Made by a program: the position numbers and the translations under genes. Source: Pseudobdellovibrionaceae bacterium (GTDB lineage: Bacteria > Bdellovibrionota > Bdellovibrionia > Bdellovibrionales > Bdellovibrionaceae). From it: a stretch of 64,000 nucleotides of DNA. The stretch spans positions 1 through 64,000 of the forward strand of contig JBDHWW010000014.1 of the NCBI GenBank assembly GCA_039810425.1, in the 5' to 3' direction. The notes under the pieces are model-generated. The model did no database searches. It was given only the letters and a program-made list of their open reading frames with translations, and was not told the origin of the DNA. Below are positions 58,140 through 64,000 of this stretch, one piece after another. Position 1 is the stretch's first letter. Each line of letters begins with the position of its first letter.

Positions 58140-61088
58140 ATGTCAGATATTCAGGCGCAGATTCTCGCTAAGGGCGAGGAAATTCTCAAAAACATGGAAG
58201 GCCAATCCAAGGCTTCAATTTTCTCTAAAGACTTCTGGTACGGCTCCATCATGGAATGGAGCATGAAGAACGAAAAATTCAAAACCAACATGTTCCGCTT
58301 CGTCGACGTTTTGCCATCCCTGAATTCCGGCGACGAAGTTTCCCGTCACCTGAAAGAATACTTCTCTGAAGACGGCGGCAAACTTCCTCCGGTGTTTAAC
58401 GTCGGGCTGGGTTTAGGGTCTCTTGCTCCGGGTTTGATGGCCGGTGCGATTAAGAAAAATGTTGTCGGCATGGCTCAGATGTTTATTACGGGCGAGAATC
58501 CTGATGAGGCCCTTCCGGTTTTGAAAAAGGCCCGCAAAAATAAAATGACTTTCACCGTGGACATCTTGGGCGAAGCCATACTCTCAGAGAAAGAAGCGCA
58601 GGAGTATACGAATAAATACGTTGAGCTCGTAAACTGGCTCGCAAAAGACGCTGAGAAGTGGGACGAAGTTCCGCAGATCGACCGCGATCACGAAGGCGCG
58701 ATTCCTAAAGTGAATGTGTCAGTGAAGATGACGGCTCTCTATTCCCAAATCAAAGACCTCGCTTGGGATGAAACTAAGAAAATTCTCAAAGATCGCATGC
58801 GCCCTGTTTTCCGTCTCGGCATGGAAAAAGGCGTTTTCATCAACCTCGATATGGAACACTACGGGGTTAAGCATTTGACGCTCGAAGTGTTTACGGAGCT
58901 TATCAACGAGCCTGAGTTCAAAAATTACAAACACTTCGGCATCGTGATCCAAGCCTACTTGCGCGACTCTTTCGAAGACGTCAAAGCCATGACGGACTTC
59001 GCACAAAAACGCGGAACGCCATTCTGGGTTCGTCTAGTTAAGGGCGCCTACTGGGATTACGAAACGATTGAAGCCGAACAACGTGGTTGGCCGATTCCGG
59101 TTTACACAAATAAGGCCGAATCTGATGCGAACTACGAAGTTTGCGCGAAGTACTTGCTTGAAAATATCAAACACATCCGCCCTGCTTTTGCTTCTCACAA
59201 CGTGAGAACACTCGCAGCGTGCATGATCTACGCAGAGAAGCTTGGCATTCCTAAAGCCGCCCTCGAGTTCCAAATGCTTTACGGCATGGCGGAACCGGTG
59301 AAGAAGACCATCGTCGAGATGGGCTACCGCCTGCGCGAGTACGCTCCTGTCGGCGAGTTGATTCCAGGCATGGCGTACCTCGTGCGCCGCTTGCTTGAGA
59401 ACTCATCCAACGAATCTTGGCTGCGCGGAAAGTTTGCCGATAATAAGTCGACGTCGGAGCTCTTGAAGGATCCGGCGCAGGGTTTGACGCCGACGTCTTC
59501 CCAGGTCGTCAAGCAAGCCGGCAAGTTTTATAACGAACCCCTGCTGGATTTTGCCGTGAAAGCGGATCGGGAAAAAATGCTTAAAGCTTTGAACGAAATC
59601 AAAGCGGCTTTACCTGTCAGCGTTCCCTTGCATATCAATGGCAAAGAAATCCAGACTGGCAAAATTTTTGATCGTGTGAATCCATCTGAATCAACTCAAG
59701 TTGTGGGTAAGATCAACATGGCGGCGATTGAGCATGCTGAACAAGCCATGCAAGCGGCGCAAACCGCATACAAAACTTGGAAGAACGTGGATTGCGAACA
59801 GCGCGCGGCGTTGGTCGATAAGCTTGCTGACATCATGACCCGTGATCGTTTCAAGCTGATTGCGACACAAGTTCTTGAGGTTGGCAAACCCTGGGCGGAA
59901 GCGGATGGCGATATTGGTGAGGCGATCGACTTCTGCCGTTACTACGCCCGTGATATGCGCTTGTTGCAAAAACCACTTCGCGTGGGCGGTTTGCCAGGCG
60001 AACTATCTCACTATATCTACAAATCTCGAGGCGTGACGGCCGTGATTGCACCATGGAACTTCCCTCTGGCGATTTTGGCCGGCATGGTGGCTGCGGCGGC
60101 TGTGACGGGAAACACGGTGGTGATGAAGCCTGCTGAACAGTCGTCCGTTGTTGCTTGGGGCTTGATGAAAATGGTCGTGGAAGCGGGCTTCCCCTCCGGC
60201 GTGATTAATTTCTTGCCCGGTTATGGCGAAGAGGTCGGCGAATACATCGTGAACCACAAGTTCACGACGACAATCGCCTTCACGGGCTCTAAAGCCGTTG
60301 GTTTACATATCTTAAACCGGGCTTCGCATGTTCAAACCGGGCAGACCCACGTCAAACGTTGCATCATCGAAATGGGTGGTAAGAACGCCGTTATTATCGA
60401 TAACGATGCCGACCTTGATGAGGCCGTGGATGGAGTTCTCTACTCGGCATTTGGTTTCAGCGGTCAAAAGTGTTCTGCGGCGAGCCGGGTGATTGTCCTG
60501 GATGAAGTTTATGATCGCTTCACTGATCGTTTGGTCGAAGCGGCGAAGTCTATCGACGTGTTGTCGGCTGAAAATCCTAAAGCCTACATGGGCCCGGTGG
60601 TGGACCAAGAAGCTCATCAGCGTATTTTGAACACGATTACTGAAGCCGAGAAAACGAACAAGCTTCTCTTCAAAGGCCAAGTGCCAACGACGGGCTACTT
60701 TGCTCCGCCGACAATTTTTGGAAATGTGCCAGGAGACTCTCAGTTAGCTCAGCAGGAAATCTTCGGTCCGGTGGTGGCAGTGATTCGTGCAAAGGATTTG
60801 GATCAAGCCCTCGAGATCGCAAACAGCACAGAGTATGCTCTGACGGGCGGTGTGTTCTCTCGCAGCCCGGCAAACATTGCCCGTGTGAAAGAAGAGTTCG
60901 AAGTGGGGAACCTCTACATCAACCGTGGAATCACGGGCGCGATGGTCGATCGTCATCCATTTGGCGGATTCAAAATGTCAGGCATCGGTTCAAAAACCGG
61001 GGGCCCTGACTACTTAAAGCAATACATGGAACCGGCAGCGGTCACCGAGAACACTCTCCGCCGCGGGTTTGCTCCTGCAGAAGAATAA
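58140..61088 (+). CDS. putA: Bifunctional proline dehydrogenase / P5C dehydrogenase
   Basis: DILGE, NLDME, RLVKGAYWD, ASHN, QMLYGM, YLVRRLLEN; ALDH motifs EMGGKN, GQKCSA, EIFGP. Confidence 0.96.
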   Translation: MSDIQAQILAKGEEILKNMEGQSKASIFSKDFWYGSIMEWSMKNEKFKTNMFRFVDVLPSLNSGDEVSRHLKEYFSEDGGKLPPVFNVGLGLGSLAPGLMAGAIKKNVVGMAQMFITGENPDEALPVLKKARKNKMTFTVDILGEAILSEKEAQEYTNKYVELVNWLAKDAEKWDEVPQIDRDHEGAIPKVNVSVKMTALYSQIKDLAWDETKKILKDRMRPVFRLGMEKGVFINLDMEHYGVKHLTLEVFTELINEPEFKNYKHFGIVIQAYLRDSFEDVKAMTDFAQKRGTPFWVRLVKGAYWDYETIEAEQRGWPIPVYTNKAESDANYEVCAKYLLENIKHIRPAFASHNVRTLAACMIYAEKLGIPKAALEFQMLYGMAEPVKKTIVEMGYRLREYAPVGELIPGMAYLVRRLLENSSNESWLRGKFADNKSTSELLKDPAQGLTPTSSQVVKQAGKFYNEPLLDFAVKADREKMLKALNEIKAALPVSVPLHINGKEIQTGKIFDRVNPSESTQVVGKINMAAIEHAEQAMQAAQTAYKTWKNVDCEQRAALVDKLADIMTRDRFKLIATQVLEVGKPWAEADGDIGEAIDFCRYYARDMRLLQKPLRVGGLPGELSHYIYKSRGVTAVIAPWNFPLAILAGMVAAAAVTGNTVVMKPAEQSSVVAWGLMKMVVEAGFPSGVINFLPGYGEEVGEYIVNHKFTTTIAFTGSKAVGLHILNRASHVQTGQTHVKRCIIEMGGKNAVIIDNDADLDEAVDGVLYSAFGFSGQKCSAASRVIVLDEVYDRFTDRLVEAAKSIDVLSAENPKAYMGPVVDQEAHQRILNTITEAEKTNKLLFKGQVPTTGYFAPPTIFGNVPGDSQLAQQEIFGPVVAVIRAKDLDQALEIANSTEYALTGGVFSRSPANIARVKEEFEVGNLYINRGITGAMVDRHPFGGFKMSGIGSKTGGPDYLKQYMEPAAVTENTLRRGFAPAEE

Positions 61089-61106
61089 AACGAGTTACCA
61101 CCAAAT

Positions 61107-61134
61107 AACAAAGGGACCTTCCGGTCCCTTTGTT
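61107..61134. terminator. Hairpin between convergent putA and rhomboid genes
   Basis: Perfect 12-bp stem AACAAAGGGACC/GGTCCCTTTGTT. Confidence 0.75.
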
Positions 61135-61151
61135 GGTATATAGCTTGAAAA

Positions 61152-62159
61152 TTAGAACCACTCGTCGTCGCCGTAACCACCGCTGTCTTCTTCGCGCTTT
61201 GGCACCGGCACGGGATCGACAAACGCCAGCGGGCGCTCGACGTGCAAGACCCAGCGGGCAAAGGCGCCGGTGATCACACCAAAGATCGTACCCCCCACGT
61301 GGGCCGAATATGCGACCCCACTGCCAATTCCTTCCGGATTCGCAATCAAACTTGTAAAATCAACCAGTAAAAAGAGCGGAATGATCAATAAAGTCGGCAG
61401 ATAAATGAAACCGTTATGCCCGAAAAATGGTGAGATAAAATACACGAACCGCACACGACGGCGGGTCTCAGCAACCACATAAAACGCCAAGAGCGCGCTA
61501 ATCGAAGCACTCGCGCCAACCATCGGGATGACGCCATGGCCGTTGTAAGCCAAGAAAGCCACGCCTCCTGCGATACCACCTAAAAGATAGATCACAAGCA
61601 AAGCAAAGCCGCCCACCATGGTTTCCACCGCAGCTCCCATCACGACGAGGAAAAGCATATTGCTGAATAAATGAGTCAGACTGGCATGTGAGAATTGATA
61701 CGTGATCCAAGCAATAGAACTCTTATCGGCTTTATTCAAACCGAAGTTGTACATCGTATCCTCAGCGTAAAACTTCATGAAAGCGGCCGCTTGGCCGCGC
61801 CAGCGAAGGATCGCCACTTGATCACCCGAGAATGGAAAGGTCTCAGCTTGGCTTAAGAAATCCGCGTCGCGAAGAGCATACGAACCTAAAATTTCCATCT
61901 GATCATCGTTGCTGGCGTTGAGCTTAAAAATCCACGAAGCGCGGCTGGATTGCTCAAAGCTGCTGAGGTGCTGCAGATATTGGTGATAAAGCTTGCCGGT
62001 GATGATCGTTGATTCTGTTTTCAAAATATTTTGCTCTTGAAAAGCGTCGGGTTGACCGGCGAAAAACAAGAAATAAATCAGAACGTTCAAAGCCAGAAGC
62101 GTCCACGTCAGCGGATAGCGGTGGAACTTTGAAAGAGGTTCCGGGTTAGGCAAAATCAT
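61152..62159 (-). CDS. Rhomboid intramembrane serine protease
   Basis: ITYQFSHASLTHLFSNM, VGASAS and AHVGG motifs. Confidence 0.88.
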   Translation of the reverse strand: MILPNPEPLSKFHRYPLTWTLLALNVLIYFLFFAGQPDAFQEQNILKTESTIITGKLYHQYLQHLSSFEQSSRASWIFKLNASNDDQMEILGSYALRDADFLSQAETFPFSGDQVAILRWRGQAAAFMKFYAEDTMYNFGLNKADKSSIAWITYQFSHASLTHLFSNMLFLVVMGAAVETMVGGFALLVIYLLGGIAGGVAFLAYNGHGVIPMVGASASISALLAFYVVAETRRRVRFVYFISPFFGHNGFIYLPTLLIIPLFLLVDFTSLIANPEGIGSGVAYSAHVGGTIFGVITGAFARWVLHVERPLAFVDPVPVPKREEDSGGYGDDEWF

Positions 62160-63403
62160 TCGATTTCGTACCGCTTCTTGAATTCCTGAAGGATTTGTTT
62201 CTCATCCGCACTCGCAGGAACACGCGAGTTCTTCTGAGCCGCCTGAGCATTCAAGATCCACGCCGCCTTCACAAGGTTCCTATTTAAAAAACCCTCGAGT
62301 GGCGATTCCCGCTCAAGATCCTTGATGAGGCCGACCGCTGAAGCATAGTTCTTCTGCTCCATCGAGTCCTTTAAAAGAAGCAAGCGGGAAGACACCAGGC
62401 CCAAGCCCGCACGGCGAAGGATATTACCTTTGTCGCTGTCTTTAGATTTTAAATATTTTGAAATTGCGCACGCTTCGGATTTCCCACTTCCCGTGCAAAC
62501 AAGGTCCTGATAAGCGGAGGCTTCTTTCTCGTCTTCCGAGATCACTGCCATCGCCAAATTACCGAGCGCTTTTTCTTCTCCCTCAAGCGTCCAAACCGCG
62601 TTCTGAGCCTCGGTATAAACGCAGGTATCATCTGCTTCGTCCGCTAAGTACATCGCTAAAGCGACATCCAGGCGCTTTAGACCCTGATAGTGATCCGTCG
62701 GAATGCTTAAGCAATAGGCTTGGCTCACGGTCATCTTGCCGTTCAGGCCTTCGAGAACCGCCGTTTTATAGGCTTTTCCCATCAATGCCACTCCCATCAC
62801 GAACATGAAACCGAAAAAAATCCAAAGTGTCGAGCTAATGTAACGAGTCTCGACCGCCAGAGGCAAATCCACGGGCCCGTGCTTGTGTGAAATCACCAGC
62901 GTATCAGAGACACGCTCATGGAAAGCACGGCGCAAAGGATGGCCCAAGATTTCAAGAAACGGCACTCCCATCAACAACGATCCAAGCCACCAACCGATCG
63001 GACGCAAGAACGATTGCGCAAAAGTGAGTTTGCGGTGATCACTCAAAGTTTGTGGGTAAGAGACCACTTCTAGCTGCAAAAATTTCTGCCCAGGCGTCGC
63101 TTGCCAGAAGTAAATAAAAAAAGCCTGAACCAACGAAGAGACACAAACGATACCGGCGACAAAGAGAGCCCAGATCACCACGGCCTCTTCCGATTCAGAA
63201 TTTAAAAGCAAGATGGTTTTTAGATTTCTGAGAACTCCAGCGACACAAAAACTTACGATAGGAGATAGTATCAAGAAATCCAAAATGAAGGCGATAAAGC
63301 GATCCGTCACTGGCGCCAGTGGCAATTGCTCCGTCACAGGTGTTGACGGCCGATGAGTGCGCGGTGGATGCGTTTCTGCAAATGATAAATCCCTTACTAC
63401 CAT
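62156..63403 (-). CDS. RDD-domain membrane protein with Cys-containing helical C-terminal domain
   Basis: LAPVTDRFIAFILD, ATPGQKFLQLEVV and RAFHERVSDTLVI motifs. Confidence 0.85.
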   Translation of the reverse strand: MVVRDLSFAETHPPRTHRPSTPVTEQLPLAPVTDRFIAFILDFLILSPIVSFCVAGVLRNLKTILLLNSESEEAVVIWALFVAGIVCVSSLVQAFFIYFWQATPGQKFLQLEVVSYPQTLSDHRKLTFAQSFLRPIGWWLGSLLMGVPFLEILGHPLRRAFHERVSDTLVISHKHGPVDLPLAVETRYISSTLWIFFGFMFVMGVALMGKAYKTAVLEGLNGKMTVSQAYCLSIPTDHYQGLKRLDVALAMYLADEADDTCVYTEAQNAVWTLEGEEKALGNLAMAVISEDEKEASAYQDLVCTGSGKSEACAISKYLKSKDSDKGNILRRAGLGLVSSRLLLLKDSMEQKNYASAVGLIKDLERESPLEGFLNRNLVKAAWILNAQAAQKNSRVPASADEKQILQEFKKRYEIE

Positions 63404-63410
63404 AAGGGAT

Positions 63411-63438
63411 TTATCGGCCTAACAGCCCTAAAACTGCG
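63411..63438 (-). promoter_or_regulatory. Putative sigma28-type promoter of RDD-rhomboid module 2
   Basis: CGCAG-N15-GCCGATAA (consensus -10), 7 nt before ATG 63403. Confidence 0.65.
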
Positions 63439-63451
63439 GTCTAGTTATATA

Positions 63452-64000
63452 TTATTGGACAATCTTCAAGGACAGAACTCGTCCTGCTTCATCGAGCTCA
63501 AACTGAGCCTGACCGAGGTCTTTATTGGACGAACTCATCAGCTTATAAACTTCTTTGCTGCCTTCGCGGCTTTCCAGCTGGACTTTGGCATACCCGACGG
63601 TGAAAACACTCTTGAAAATCTTCAAGAACTCCGCTTTTTCCTTGATGACCAAAGGCTGGTCCCCGGCTTGGTTTTCAGTGAAGTCAAAGCCTTCGATCTT
63701 TGCGTTTACCAAACGGGTTTTATACTTCCCTTCCAAGAAACCAAACACCAATTCATCTTTCAAAGTTGGCTTTACTGCCATCAAACTCTTTGCCGACTCT
63801 TTTTCTTCAGCGAATTTTTTTGCGATTTCATGTTCCCATTTGATGCTCTCAACAGAATCGTGATCGTCGAAACTTGCGACTCCACGACCTCCTTCCGTGA
63901 TAGCATTAACGGATTGCTGGGATTTCACAATCCACTCATTGAGGAAAACCGTCATCACCAAAACAGATACAATGGAAAGACCCAAAACGGCTTTCTGATC
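63452..64000 (-). CDS. Membrane-anchored hypothetical protein, 5' end probably outside the window
   Basis: Frame open to the window edge; N-terminal TM. Confidence 0.7.
   Translation of the reverse strand, partial: DQKAVLGLSIVSVLVMTVFLNEWIVKSQQSVNAITEGGRGVASFDDHDSVESIKWEHEIAKKFAEEKESAKSLMAVKPTLKDELVFGFLEGKYKTRLVNAKIEGFDFTENQAGDQPLVIKEKAEFLKIFKSVFTVGYAKVQLESREGSKEVYKLMSSSNKDLGQAQFELDEAGRVLSLKIVQ

Overview
Gene-dense bacterial chromosomal window with about 63 CDS. I found no rRNA, tRNA, CRISPR array, prophage or intact transposase. Gene content and style suggest a predatory Bdellovibrio-like organism (inference): a type IV pilin with a PilG-like partner, a (F/Y)QNC-type lipoprotein, a stand-alone SWIB protein, many secreted hydrolases, and sigma28- and sigma54-type promoters. 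Most of the window is housekeeping: ahcY, map, ettA, bolA, an orphan parA, a UvrD/PcrA helicase, fumC, two Dus enzymes, acs, dnaJ-dnaK, clpSA, htpX, slt, lnt, mutS2, an icd-type dehydrogenase, hslO and putA. Best candidates for undescribed systems: (1) two translationally coupled rhomboid protease + RDD-protein modules, each behind a sigma28-type promoter, whose RDD partners share an (L/M)GVAL motif in their last membrane helix; (2) a five-gene cassette (Cys-rich lipoprotein, TPR + beta-barrel Slam-like protein, ECF sigma, anti-sigma, secreted protein) with two matching ECF promoters; (3) a structured non-coding RNA candidate of roughly 270 nt behind a near-consensus sigma54 promoter; (4) a UvrD helicase lacking its C-terminal Tudor domain, coupled to a zinc-ribbon + Tudor-like gene; (5) an orphan ParA with a small basic-tailed partner. 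All product calls come from motif recognition by eye; no searches were run.
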